IMG/VR virus record: IMGVR_UViG_3300046737_000006
Coordinates: 1-50,570 of that record
Strand: one strand, 5' to 3'
Length of the DNA: 50,570 bases
Origin: a virus
Taxonomy: Duplodnaviria > Caudoviricetes
This document shows, one piece after another, positions 25,271 to 34,696 of the stretch; the stretch's first letter is position 1, and each line of letters opens with the position of its first letter. Under the pieces are notes generated by a model, which was given only the letters and a program-made list of their open reading frames with translations, was not told the origin of the DNA and made no database searches. The translations under genes were made by a program, and so were the position numbers.

Positions 25271-26009
25271 GAGGACCTCCGTTCTGCGGCCCTTGCCTCA
25301 GAAATGCAGGTATTTCATCAGTGCCACCAAGCCGACCGTTGTTGTCAAAGTCCCCCACCGATGATGTCGATGGAATGTTTGGGGCATTTGGAAGTGTGGA
25401 GTGCTCGGGTCGAACCGACCTCCGTTCTTCGGGGAACACAAAGCGAATGAACTCCAGCTTATCATTCACTCGCCTGAGCATGACCTCAGGTTTCGATTTG
25501 TACCCGCTAGGTACGTGCCCTAGCTTATTGCGATACCACGTCTTAGTGGCAGTGCGGTCAAGGTCCGGCTCAGGAGCGATAGTGAACTCCACGCCTTCGG
25601 GCATTGACGCAATCTCCAACCACTCTTTCGAGGTGAGATTGATGAGATGTCGTGGCCCATTAACAATAGGCGTAGGTGCTGGGCTAGGCTTCTCTTCCAA
25701 ATCATCCAACGATAACATAGGCTTAGGCTTACGCTCCACGTCCTTCATGAGCGTAACCATCTTGTCAGACCACTCCGTCGCAGCTTGCGTAACAACGCCC
25801 ACTTTCTCCCGAAAGTACGTAGCGTCTTTGACTGCATCAGACAGACGATCTTTCAAATCAACATTGTTCGCTTGGAGTGTTTTAATTACTCCATTAGCTT
25901 CAGATAGCGCCATCTTGAGGCGCATTACTTCATCCTCTAGTCCTGCGTTGCTGTCTTGTAGATTGGCAACGTGCGAAGTGACATCACGTAGTGTCTGCAA
26001 CATATCCAT
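25233..26009 (-). CDS. Coiled-coil protein with a C-terminal FtsZ-tail-like motif DEIPAFLRQ
   Basis: N-terminal heptad-rich ~90 aa; motif at 25293..25319; SD AGGAGAG. Confidence 0.65.
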   Translation of the reverse strand: MDMLQTLRDVTSHVANLQDSNAGLEDEVMRLKMALSEANGVIKTLQANNVDLKDRLSDAVKDATYFREKVGVVTQAATEWSDKMVTLMKDVERKPKPMLSLDDLEEKPSPAPTPIVNGPRHLINLTSKEWLEIASMPEGVEFTIAPEPDLDRTATKTWYRNKLGHVPSGYKSKPEVMLRRVNDKLEFIRFVFPEERRSVRPEHSTLPNAPNIPSTSSVGDFDNNGRLGGTDEIPAFLRQGPQNGGPRADITSTETPEH

Positions 26010-26166
26010 GTGTGCGCTCTCCTAGTTGTGTGGTTGGGTTAGTGAACAGTGCAACTGCCGAATGTAGACAGAATGATCCCGGTTGCAACCATAAGTGCAG
26101 CCATCACTAACTGACACTTAACTCTCTGTTCTCTCGTCACATTGAGCCCTCCTCGACTGTCCCTAT

Positions 26167-26201
26167 AGTATGCGCCCTAAAACGCTTTAAGTAAAATCAC
26201 T
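26167..26201 (-). promoter_or_regulatory. Early promoter, AGTGATTTTACTT class
   Basis: TTTACT-17-CATACT. Confidence 0.55.
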
Positions 26202-26473
26202 TCAAGCCTTCCCATGCGTAGATAGGTCCTTAATCGCCCTACGGAGCCCACCGGTGCGTTTTAACAACATACCTGCTACCCCAGTAGCGTAACATACGAC
26301 AGACCTGCGCAAGCTATGACAGGTTTTTCTCCCATGGGTTGTATTGTTCTACTCCCACAACCACGAGTACACATAACGTATAGCTATGACCCAGAACAAA
26401 ATCGATATAGCTATAAGCGCGTACGATAGTGCATCAAGCTTTTGAATAGGCATGGTAGTACCTCCATTGAGAT

Positions 26474-26510
26474 AAAAGAAAAGCCCCGAAGGGGCTAACC
26501 CTCGGGGCTC
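26474..26510 (-). terminator. Intrinsic terminator after the 487-aa ORF
   Basis: AGCCCCGAGGG...CCTTCGGGGCT followed by TTTCTTTT. Confidence 0.8.
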
Positions 26511-26533
26511 TCTGATCAGTGTACTGTGTAGTG

Positions 26534-27958
26534 CTAGGCAGCTTTAGCCTGAGCCTCAAGCGCGTCGTTTATGCGCTTGCGGTAGGGGATGAGGAAGTCA
26601 TTGATTGACTTGACCATATCATCCAAATCAATCAACTCCTCGGTTATCTCTGCTGTCTGCACATTGAAGTGCTTGAGCAGACGCGACCGATAGGCAAGTG
26701 CTTGCGCCTGATTGCCTCCCGCCTCATCCAAACCCGTAGCAAACATACGGGCAGTGGCGACCAACTCCTCGGGCGTAGGAATACCAATGTCTTTGCCCGT
26801 CTTGTCTTTGTCGCCACCTTGCTTGCTCTTGTCGTCGGGAGTCACGGGTGCCGCCTTCTTAAGCGTATCCTTGATATTCCCTACGGTACCACCAAGCGCA
26901 ATCGCTACCTCGAAACGTGTCCGAGTTGCACCCTTGGCAGGATGCTGTAACGACAGGAATTGCGAGAGTGAGATAGGATCAGAACTATCTACCTCCGCAC
27001 CCTTGACGGTTATGAACTTGATAGGCTTATTGCGTCGCGCTACCTCATCCATATGCTTGGTCGCATCGGCTACGCTGAACCCCCAACGAGAGCCCTTAGC
27101 AACGAAGCCTAGCTCATTCCAGCGCGTGATAGTTTGAATGAAACCTGCCGCCTTGCTAAAGGCGTTGGTTCGCGCTGACTGTCGCGCTTGGAGTTGCGAC
27201 AGTTTAGCAATCCTCTGATCACTCTTCCCATGGTAAATCAGAAGTTCCTTGTTCTTGACACCTGCCGTACCATCTTTGAGCAGGTTCAAGTCTTTGATAT
27301 CAGATAGGAGTTGAACACCGTGCGCCGTGCCATTGGCTAAGTCACGGTAGAACCTGATAGTGTACTCCGTACCTGTCGCATGATCCTTGAACTTGTGAAT
27401 GTCTGGAGTTTCATTGCGAAGTTTCCAGAAATCCGACTTGTACGAGGAACCGGGAACTGGCCACGCCATGACCGCAGGACAGCGGACCATCATGCCGCTT
27501 TCCTTGTCGCGTTCACCTCCGTAAAGATCAAATAGGTGATCGGCCAGAAGAACAGGGCCACCCATTTGGGTTTCTTTCGCGTCGGCAATGCTCTCAAGGA
27601 TGCTATCAACATCCTTGTCGAACACTTCGCTTTGCTTTCGCGCTAGCTGGCTAAGTTCCGATTTGGAGGCGGCAGTCAACGGGACTTCATCAGCCTCGTC
27701 ACCTTCTTCACTTTCAGTAACCAGAGCAGCGAGCCGATCCTTGCGAACCTGTTGGCCGTCCTGTTCACTGTTTTCATTACCAGGAATTTGCTCAATGATC
27801 GCAATCACGCGGTCATCAGGCAATAGGGCTAAGCTATCCTCGTCCCCATCTTCCTCCTTGACTGCCGACGCACGATAGGCGGCAGCAAAGGCAACGGTGT
27901 TAGACTTCAACCATTTGGTAATGTTCTTGCCGTCCACATCAGTGTAGATATTAGCCAT
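26534..27958 (-). CDS. Large early hypothetical protein (MANIYTD..., ~474 aa)
   Basis: SD AGGAG before the internal ATG; own terminator; no motif recognised. Confidence 0.75.
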   Translation of the reverse strand: MANIYTDVDGKNITKWLKSNTVAFAAAYRASAVKEEDGDEDSLALLPDDRVIAIIEQIPGNENSEQDGQQVRKDRLAALVTESEEGDEADEVPLTAASKSELSQLARKQSEVFDKDVDSILESIADAKETQMGGPVLLADHLFDLYGGERDKESGMMVRCPAVMAWPVPGSSYKSDFWKLRNETPDIHKFKDHATGTEYTIRFYRDLANGTAHGVQLLSDIKDLNLLKDGTAGVKNKELLIYHGKSDQRIAKLSQLQARQSARTNAFSKAAGFIQTITRWNELGFVAKGSRWGFSVADATKHMDEVARRNKPIKFITVKGAEVDSSDPISLSQFLSLQHPAKGATRTRFEVAIALGGTVGNIKDTLKKAAPVTPDDKSKQGGDKDKTGKDIGIPTPEELVATARMFATGLDEAGGNQAQALAYRSRLLKHFNVQTAEITEELIDLDDMVKSINDFLIPYRKRINDALEAQAKAA

Positions 27959-28069
27959 AGTATAGTCTCCTATGCACAGTCTGTATTTAGGAGGCACTGT
28001 GCAATCCTCCTTGGCGCGGTATGCACCATGTCTATCGTGCGCCCAAACCTGTCATAAACTCAAATGGTA

Positions 28070-28372
28070 TTAGTAGTTACGATGCACGCCCACACAATGC
28101 TTGTTGCCACATTCAAGGCAAGCACCCCGAATGCGACGACAATCATGTATGTCATTGGTTAGCCTAGCCATGAAGGCAGCTAGCCTCAATCCCTTGGGAT
28201 CAGCAGGTACCAAGGGTTTAACCGGCAACGCATCAGCGTCTCTCTGTGCTCGATTGAATGCAGCTAGTGCAGGCTTACCGCGAAGGTTAGTAGACAACAT
28301 GAAGTTTTCCAGCGCGATAATCCTGCGCTCGCTGTAGTTAGCGGGCACAGTAGATGCACGAGTTCTAGACAT
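28070..28372 (-). CDS. Hypothetical early protein with a C-terminal CxxC...C
   Basis: SD GGGAG; CLECGNKHC. Confidence 0.6.
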   Translation of the reverse strand: MSRTRASTVPANYSERRIIALENFMLSTNLRGKPALAAFNRAQRDADALPVKPLVPADPKGLRLAAFMARLTNDIHDCRRIRGACLECGNKHCVGVHRNY

Positions 28373-28536
28373 GGTATGTGCTCCCGTTAGGTTATAGGTA
28401 AGAGCACACGATAGGCACAGTACATACCGCAGTGTGGTTAGCCTAAGTCTTGCGCCCTGTATTGGTGAAGTATTAACTAGCCCACATATCGTATAGAAAC
28501 CAATAGTAAGCTAGCACATGCGCGTTGTGTTGCATC

Positions 28537-28719
28537 TCAGTGAGACTTACCACGCAAGAGGATAGCAAAGGCGGAGATTACATCAGCCAATGCTGTCGCC
28601 TCATCGTCGCTAAAACTACCAATGACATCAGTTAACCTATGTTTATAGGTTGCTAGACTGATATCCTTATTGAGGTAGTCTTGAGTATGAATGACTAACT
28701 TCGATAGGTTATCAAGCAT
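28537..28719 (-). CDS. Hypothetical early protein (MLDNLSK...)
   Basis: SD AGGAGAG before the internal ATG. Confidence 0.55.
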   Translation of the reverse strand: MLDNLSKLVIHTQDYLNKDISLATYKHRLTDVIGSFSDDEATALADVISAFAILLRGKSH

Positions 28720-28846
28720 AGTCTTGCTCTCCTGTTGTGTGTGAACACAGGGCACAAGGCTAAGACTAACCACATGATTAACTTGTCAAATAGCGTGTAT
28801 TGCGGTTTCTAGGATACTCCCGCAACCATTGCTCATCATACCCCTC

Positions 28847-28881
28847 ATTGTGGCAGCAACAAGGCATCAAGTCAAATCACT
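28847..28881 (-). promoter_or_regulatory. Early promoter, AGTGATTTGACTT class
   Basis: TTGACT-17-CACAAT; additional TTGACA hexamers near 28784, 28944 and 28991. Confidence 0.6.
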
Positions 28882-29100
28882 CTCGTTGTTCAATTGATCG
28901 TAACGCTTGCGTTACTGACAGTTTGATTGCGTTTTAGAATATTTGTCAAATATCCAGGTATTACAGCAGCAATCTCAATCACTTAGCGTTTGTCAAATCA
29001 AACATTCACTCTCAGTCGTGATTAGCCCTCACTCTCACGTTGTTGTGATCTCAATCAACTAATCGTGATCGCACCTCTACTCTCTTACCTTATCTAATGT

Positions 29101-29190
29101 TAAAGATATACTTAAGATAGTATAAGATAGACTAAGATATCGTAAGATAATCTAAGATATATCTTACTCTCCTGTGTATAAGTATCTTAC
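29101..29190. repeat. 10-bp-phased TAAGATA array
   Basis: TAAGATA at 29113, 29123, 29133, 29143, 29153; palindrome TAAGATATATCTTA 29153..29166. Confidence 0.85.
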
Positions 29191-29431
29191 ACCCTTGGGT
29201 TGTATGACGAAACTTTAAAGTCAAGTCGTAAGTCATTGATTTTACAGCTCTTTTTCCAAATAACACCCATGAATGACCCATAAGCAGGGGTTATACCCCT
29301 TGACTTTGGGCCGAGCGAAGCGAGGTGCTCCTCCAAAATATCTGACACTAATCCAAAATATCTCACAACTTTAACTTTCATAAAAAATTCTGGGAAATAT
29401 TTTAAGTTCATCGTTAGTTATTTCATCCAGA

Positions 29432-29460
29432 CACAAAAATACCCCGGCTTGCGCCGGGGC
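29432..29460 (-). terminator. Intrinsic terminator
   Basis: GCCCCGGC-GCAA-GCCGGGGT followed by ATTTTTGTG. Confidence 0.75.
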
Positions 29461-29473
29461 TAAGTTATCCAAA

Positions 29474-29632
29474 TCATCTATAACTTCGAATTTTAGTTAC
29501 AAACTCCCTGAAGTATTTCTCATCAAATTTGGGAAGAGTGTTGAATCCTTCTTCAACAGCTTCATCCACATTTCGATCGGTCATAGCAGTTTCGATACCT
29601 AACCAATCATATGGCCTACTTCGTCTACTCAT
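29474..29632 (-). CDS. Small hypothetical protein MSRRSRPYDW... (52 aa)
   Basis: Translated by hand; SD GAGG; followed by a terminator. Confidence 0.5.
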   Translation of the reverse strand: MSRRSRPYDWLGIETAMTDRNVDEAVEEGFNTLPKFDEKYFREFVTKIRSYR

Positions 29633-29956
29633 CTACACCTCGGTGCAAAGTGGTATACTTCACATTTAAAGCAATAAACTGTTTTCATACATATATTCTC
29701 CGTAGAATACCCTACAATCGCTCTAGGAAGCCCGTACGTAAGATTTGGGGGGTGGAGGGCTAGTAGGGTAGCTCAGGTATAGATTTAAGTCATCCATGGC
29801 CTTCTCTAGCCGATTAAGCCTATCTCTAATCTCCCCCATCTCTGGGGTATGTTTTAACTCAATTACTGACAATCTTGACACCTCGAACTACCAGGAACCA
29901 CAGGTTTCTTATATCCCCATTTATAACATGCTAAACAATACCAAGTCATAATTATC

Positions 29957-29985
29957 TTGACTTCCTTCCTCGATTAATGTATACG
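29957..29985 (+). promoter_or_regulatory. Candidate promoter for the virion arm
   Basis: TTGACT-17-TATACG just upstream of the first plus-strand gene. Confidence 0.5.
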
Positions 29986-30021
29986 TCGAACCATTTGCCT
30001 ATTTTGTTCTTTGTTTAACAA

Positions 30022-30162
30022 ATGCCCTACAAATCAAAAGCACAAGCTGCCTACTTTAACATGCACCGCGCTCAATTACAAGCGCAAGGTGTCAATGTTG
30101 ATGAATGGAATACAGCGTCCAAGGGCATGAAGTTACCCAAGAGAAAGAAGAAACAGAAATGA
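30022..30162 (+). CDS. Small basic phage protein MPYKSKAQAAYF... (46 aa)
   Basis: Translated by hand; MP(Y/F)KSKAQ N-terminus is a recurring phage small-protein pattern. Confidence 0.65.
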   Translation: MPYKSKAQAAYFNMHRAQLQAQGVNVDEWNTASKGMKLPKRKKKQK

Positions 30163-30252
30163 AGATCATGGACTGTACTAAATGCTCTCAGCACATAGCC
30201 GGAGCTAATGGTAAATCAGTAAAAGTTAAATCAGACTCCAGTAGAGGAAGCG

Positions 30253-30414
30253 ATGAGTAAAGCACACCCAGGCTTCGCAGCCGTACAGAAATCAATTCAG
30301 AAAGAGGGCTACAGCAAGAAAGCCGCAGGAGCAATCTTAGCCTCCAAGACACGCAAAGCTTCTGCATCAGCCAAACGCAAGAACCCCAACTTAAAGAAAG
30401 TTAAAGGCTACTAA
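30253..30414 (+). CDS. Small basic phage protein MSKAHPGFAAVQ... (53 aa)
   Basis: Translated by hand; SD GAGGA; TAATG coupling to the next gene. Confidence 0.7.
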   Translation: MSKAHPGFAAVQKSIQKEGYSKKAAGAILASKTRKASASAKRKNPNLKKVKGY

Positions 30415-30692
30415 TGTTCCACTCACAAGCTTCCAACGCATTCAAGAATATCAACTCTGCCACTACGACTACAGTTAAAGTTGGAGCTGGTATTCTCCAT
30501 TCTATTACAATCAATACTCCAGTGGCCGGTGCCATCACTCTATTCGATAACACTGCTGCTTCTGGTACCGTCATCGGCCTAATCACTACAACTGCTGCGT
30601 CTCAAGGCACAATGTTGTACGACGTAGAGTTTAGAACTGGCTTAACCATTCTAACTGCCACAGCTAACGACATCACTGTCTGTTTCGCTTAG
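30414..30692 (+). CDS. Small beta-rich putative virion protein
   Basis: Thr/Ala/Gly-rich 92 aa, translationally coupled. Confidence 0.6.
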   Translation: MFHSQASNAFKNINSATTTTVKVGAGILHSITINTPVAGAITLFDNTAASGTVIGLITTTAASQGTMLYDVEFRTGLTILTATANDITVCFA

Positions 30693-30696
30693 TGGT

Positions 30697-31080
30697 ATGG
30701 AATACATTCCCGCAACAGCGTTAGCTTTAACTTTTGTGGGAGCCGTCTGGGGGCACGCACTCTGGTTGTCTAATCGATTCCACTCAATCTACAAAGCTAT
30801 CGATCTTAAGTTCGATAAGCTTCTGGAATCCATTACAGATAAACTAGAATACCATGAACGTCACGATGACCAACGCTTCGGTCACATCAGTGATTCGATC
30901 TGGGAAATGAGACTACAACAAGCCATACAGAACGGTGCAATACTTGCCAAAGAAAAACAAATCAACGCTAACGAACGAGCGGGAAGAGAAACGATTAGCA
31001 GCGGAAGCGAGTCTAGAACGATTTATCGAACTAGTCCATCCACGTCGAGTATTGGGCAACATCCACAGGAACATCATTAA
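30697..31080 (+). CDS. Membrane-anchored hypothetical protein
   Basis: N-terminal TM helix plus coiled coil; overlaps the terminase start. Confidence 0.55.
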   Translation: MEYIPATALALTFVGAVWGHALWLSNRFHSIYKAIDLKFDKLLESITDKLEYHERHDDQRFGHISDSIWEMRLQQAIQNGAILAKEKQINANERAGRETISSGSESRTIYRTSPSTSSIGQHPQEHH

Positions 31081-32536
31081 TTGGTGGACACGTCCGGACG
31101 CGAAATCCCATCAGGTCTTATTGATCCCCAGGGATCATATGAAGTCTGCCCTCATTGCTTACAGAGTCGCATGGGAGCTTACCAAGGACCCAACATTACG
31201 TATTCTGTTCATTTCCTCGACCAGCAACTTGGCGACCAAACAGCTCAAGTTCATTAAGGATATTCTGACGTGCGACAATTACCGTCTTCATTGGCCGGAA
31301 ATGGTCAACAAAGAGGAAGCTCAACGAGAGAAGTGGACAGAGCGTGAAATCTCCGTCGATGATCCCAGACGAGCCGCAGAATCCGTACGCGACCCCTCTA
31401 TCTTTACTGCTGGCCTCACTACCAATATTGTTGGTCTGCATTGCGATATTTGTGTGTTGGATGATGTAGTAGTATCAGGAAATGCTTATACTCAAGATGG
31501 ACGAGAAAAGACTAAAGAACAATACGGCCTCCTCTCCTCGGTTGAGACAGTGGGAGCCCGTGAATGGGTCGTCGGTACTAGATACCATCCGGACGACCTC
31601 TACGCCTCGCTCCTTGAACTCACCTTGGACACCTACAACGACGAGGGCCATGTAACTGACTCTATTTCCCTATTCGAGCGCAACTCAGACTTTGGCATAC
31701 CAGAGACTGTTGAGTCAATCGGGGATGGAAGCGGTCAGTTTCTTTGGCCTAAACAACAACGATTCGATGGTAAGTGGTTCGGCTTCGACCGAGAAGCCCT
31801 GGACAAGAAGCGATCTGCCTATCTAAATAAGACGCACTTTCGTGCGCAATATTACAATGATCCACACGATGTGGGCGCTTCTGTCTTCAAAAGAGACCTA
31901 TTCCAATATTATGAAACCGGCTGGCTTGTCTGTAGAGACGGTCGCTGGTTCTTCAAAGAAGACAAACTCAACGTCTTTGCTGCAGTGGACTTTGCCTTCA
32001 CCGTCAACAAGAAGTCTGACTATACAGCTATAGTCGTACTCGGTGTAGACGGAAGGGGTAACTACTACGTTCTGGAGATCGATCGTTTCAAGACCAAGTC
32101 CCCTTCGGAGCAGATAAAAAGGATTCTCGCTCTGCATCAGAAATGGGGTTTCCGAAAGATTCGAGCCGAAGTTGTAGCTGCTCAAGAGTCGATTGTGACA
32201 GACCTAAAAGAATCCTATATTCGTCCTCTCGGATTGGCTTTATCCGTTGAAGACTACAGACCTGGTCGATGGTCTGGTAGCAAAGAAGAACGAATAATGG
32301 CCGTCCTAGAACCGAAGTACGCGAACAAACAAATTTGGCATTACCCCACAGGCAACTGTCAAATACTCGAAGAAGAGCTTTTATACGCGAATCCAGCGCA
32401 CGACGACGTAAAAGATGCATTAGCTTCTGTAGTAGATTTTGCTTCATCATTAGGTCCTACAATTAATTTGTTTTCATTCAAAAAAGATATTAACCAAGTG
32501 TACAATTACCATTCTAAGTTTGGCGGTGTGATGTGA
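30935..32536 (+). CDS. terL: Terminase large subunit
   Basis: IPRDHMKS (Walker A variant), CVLDDVV (Walker B), VVGTRY, AVDFAF, HDDVKDAL. Confidence 0.92.
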   Translation: MQYLPKKNKSTLTNEREEKRLAAEASLERFIELVHPRRVLGNIHRNIINWWTRPDAKSHQVLLIPRDHMKSALIAYRVAWELTKDPTLRILFISSTSNLATKQLKFIKDILTCDNYRLHWPEMVNKEEAQREKWTEREISVDDPRRAAESVRDPSIFTAGLTTNIVGLHCDICVLDDVVVSGNAYTQDGREKTKEQYGLLSSVETVGAREWVVGTRYHPDDLYASLLELTLDTYNDEGHVTDSISLFERNSDFGIPETVESIGDGSGQFLWPKQQRFDGKWFGFDREALDKKRSAYLNKTHFRAQYYNDPHDVGASVFKRDLFQYYETGWLVCRDGRWFFKEDKLNVFAAVDFAFTVNKKSDYTAIVVLGVDGRGNYYVLEIDRFKTKSPSEQIKRILALHQKWGFRKIRAEVVAAQESIVTDLKESYIRPLGLALSVEDYRPGRWSGSKEERIMAVLEPKYANKQIWHYPTGNCQILEEELLYANPAHDDVKDALASVVDFASSLGPTINLFSFKKDINQVYNYHSKFGGVM

Positions 32537-32602
32537 GTTACTGGCATATAGAGAAATCTGGTACCAATACATTTTTTACAAAAGGACGCCGAGTAAACTT
32601 CA

Positions 32603-34426
32603 ATGACCGGTAAAGTCTTAGAACTCTGCGACATTGTCCGTGAGGATCGTTTAGCCTGTCTGATCTCAGACGACTACATCCAGAAGGATTTGTTACGCAG
32701 ACAGTGGAAGTTGGATAAAGAAGAAATCCGACGTTACGTATACGCCACTGATACTACTCAAACTACTAACTCCCAGCTTCCGTGGAAGAATAAGACCACA
32801 ATACCGAAGCTGTGTCAAATCAGAGATAACCTATACGCTAACTATGTAGCTACCTTATTCCCGCAGCGTAAGTCTGTGATCTGGGAAGCGAATGAGTTAG
32901 ATGCAGCTAGCGTAGCTAAGCGCGATGCAATCACCAACTATATGAGTTGGGTGATGACGCAGGACGCCTTCAAACACGAGATTGATAAGATCATCCTCGA
33001 CTATATCGACTTCGGCAACTGCTTTGCCACCGTCGAATGGGTCGATGAGCGTGTTCAACGCGACGACAATACTACTACTCAGGCCGGTTATGTGGGGCCT
33101 TCTATACGAAGGATCAATCCACTAAACCTGGTCATGAATCCTACCGCAGAACAGTTTTCCAAGACACCTAAGATCATCAAGTCCTTAGTCTCCCTGGGCG
33201 AGATTAAGAAGAAGCTTGAGTCTATGTCTACTGATGAGAACTACGAAGAGTACAAGGAACTCTACAAGTACCTCAAAGACCTTCGAGAGAACGCACGTCA
33301 GTTCGACGGCGATTGGAAGGAGATGGATAGCCTCTATCAAATGGATGGCTTCACCTCGTTCCGTGAGTATCTCAAGAGTGGAAACGTGGAAGTCCTAACC
33401 TTCTATGGTGATATTTATGATGATGAGAATGACGTATTACTTGAAAATCATGTAATAACGGTCGTAGATAGGCACAAGCTAATCGGGAAAAAGCCAAATC
33501 CGTCATTCTTTGGATACCCTCCCATCTTTCATTCTCCTTGGAGGAAGAAGCCCGACAATCTTTGGGGCATGGGTCCTTTAGACAATCTGATCGGCATGCA
33601 GTATCGCATGGATCACATTGAGAACATGAAGGCGGACATCTTTGATCTTGTGACATACCCTGTCCAGAAGATTAAAGGAATGGTTGAAGATTTCACCTGG
33701 CAACCTGGCGAAAAGATATTCGTCTCGGAAGAAGGTGATGTGGAACTAGTCACGCCTCAGACCAATGTTCTCCAAGCTAATATGGAGATACAGAATCTAG
33801 AGCGCTTGATGGAGGAGATGGCAGGTGCACCCAGAGAAGCGATGGGGTTCAGAACTCCAGGCGAAAAAACAAAGTACGAAGTACAACAGCTCGAAAACGC
33901 CGCCTCGCGAGTCTTCCAAAATAAGATCAAACAATTCGAGGAGCAGATAATCGAGCCATTGCTCAATGCAATGCTCGAACTAGCTAGAAGGAACCTAACA
34001 GGTGCGACCGTCATTAAAGTATTTGACAATGACTTCAACGCTGCTGCATTCCAATCACTCACAGTTGAGGACATTACCGGGATTGGTCGCATTAAACCAG
34101 TGGCGGCTAGACACTTTGCTGAACAAGCCGAGCTTGTCCAAAACCTCACCAACTTAACCAACTCTCAACTCTGGCCTACCGTACAGCCGCATTTCAGTGG
34201 CAAGAAGCTGGCTAAGATCATTGAGCATATCTTTAATCTAGATCAATACGAAGTCTTCATTCCTTACATCGCCCTAGCCGAACAGGCTGAAGCGCAGAAG
34301 TTCCAGACAGCTCTACAAGAGCAGGTTCAGGGCCATGCCATGACGGCGACTGGGATGAACGGAGACTACGATATGTCTAGCGGCCCTCAGGCGGGTCAAA
34401 CTCAAACGCCTTTTGGAGGGCAATAA
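32603..34426 (+). CDS. Portal protein
   Basis: 607 aa directly after terL; PWKNKTT..KLCQIRDNL, NLWGMGPLDNL, GFRTPGEKT. Confidence 0.88.
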   Translation: MTGKVLELCDIVREDRLACLISDDYIQKDLLRRQWKLDKEEIRRYVYATDTTQTTNSQLPWKNKTTIPKLCQIRDNLYANYVATLFPQRKSVIWEANELDAASVAKRDAITNYMSWVMTQDAFKHEIDKIILDYIDFGNCFATVEWVDERVQRDDNTTTQAGYVGPSIRRINPLNLVMNPTAEQFSKTPKIIKSLVSLGEIKKKLESMSTDENYEEYKELYKYLKDLRENARQFDGDWKEMDSLYQMDGFTSFREYLKSGNVEVLTFYGDIYDDENDVLLENHVITVVDRHKLIGKKPNPSFFGYPPIFHSPWRKKPDNLWGMGPLDNLIGMQYRMDHIENMKADIFDLVTYPVQKIKGMVEDFTWQPGEKIFVSEEGDVELVTPQTNVLQANMEIQNLERLMEEMAGAPREAMGFRTPGEKTKYEVQQLENAASRVFQNKIKQFEEQIIEPLLNAMLELARRNLTGATVIKVFDNDFNAAAFQSLTVEDITGIGRIKPVAARHFAEQAELVQNLTNLTNSQLWPTVQPHFSGKKLAKIIEHIFNLDQYEVFIPYIALAEQAEAQKFQTALQEQVQGHAMTATGMNGDYDMSSGPQAGQTQTPFGGQ

Positions 34427-34696
34427 ATGTGGACTAAGTGGACCTCACACTTACCCGAAACAGATAGAGACACCTTCAGGAATTCAATCAGAGGATCGAA
34501 GCAAGTGCTCGACCGCGCGATAGAAATCCTACAAGAACGATACAACGGTCTGGAGAGTAACGAACTAGACCCCAAGATATTCGGGTCACCCGCTTGGCCT
34601 TATCTACAGGCGGCCATCGTAGGCCGTAAGGCGGAAATCCGAGACACAATTAAATTACTTACTCTGACCGGAGAAGACAATGGATTTACTAACTAA
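34427..34696 (+). CDS. Hypothetical protein between portal and scaffold
   Basis: Tiles the operon. Confidence 0.65.
   Translation: MWTKWTSHLPETDRDTFRNSIRGSKQVLDRAIEILQERYNGLESNELDPKIFGSPAWPYLQAAIVGRKAEIRDTIKLLTLTGEDNGFTN

Noticed and set aside
26534-27997. Single-subunit RNA polymerase or integrase in the early region
   Set aside because: Too short for a T7-type RNA polymerase, and no polymerase or recombinase motifs were recognised
29101-29160. CRISPR array
   Set aside because: Units are 10 bp with no unique spacers; the Cas4-like gene is the ordinary phage exonuclease
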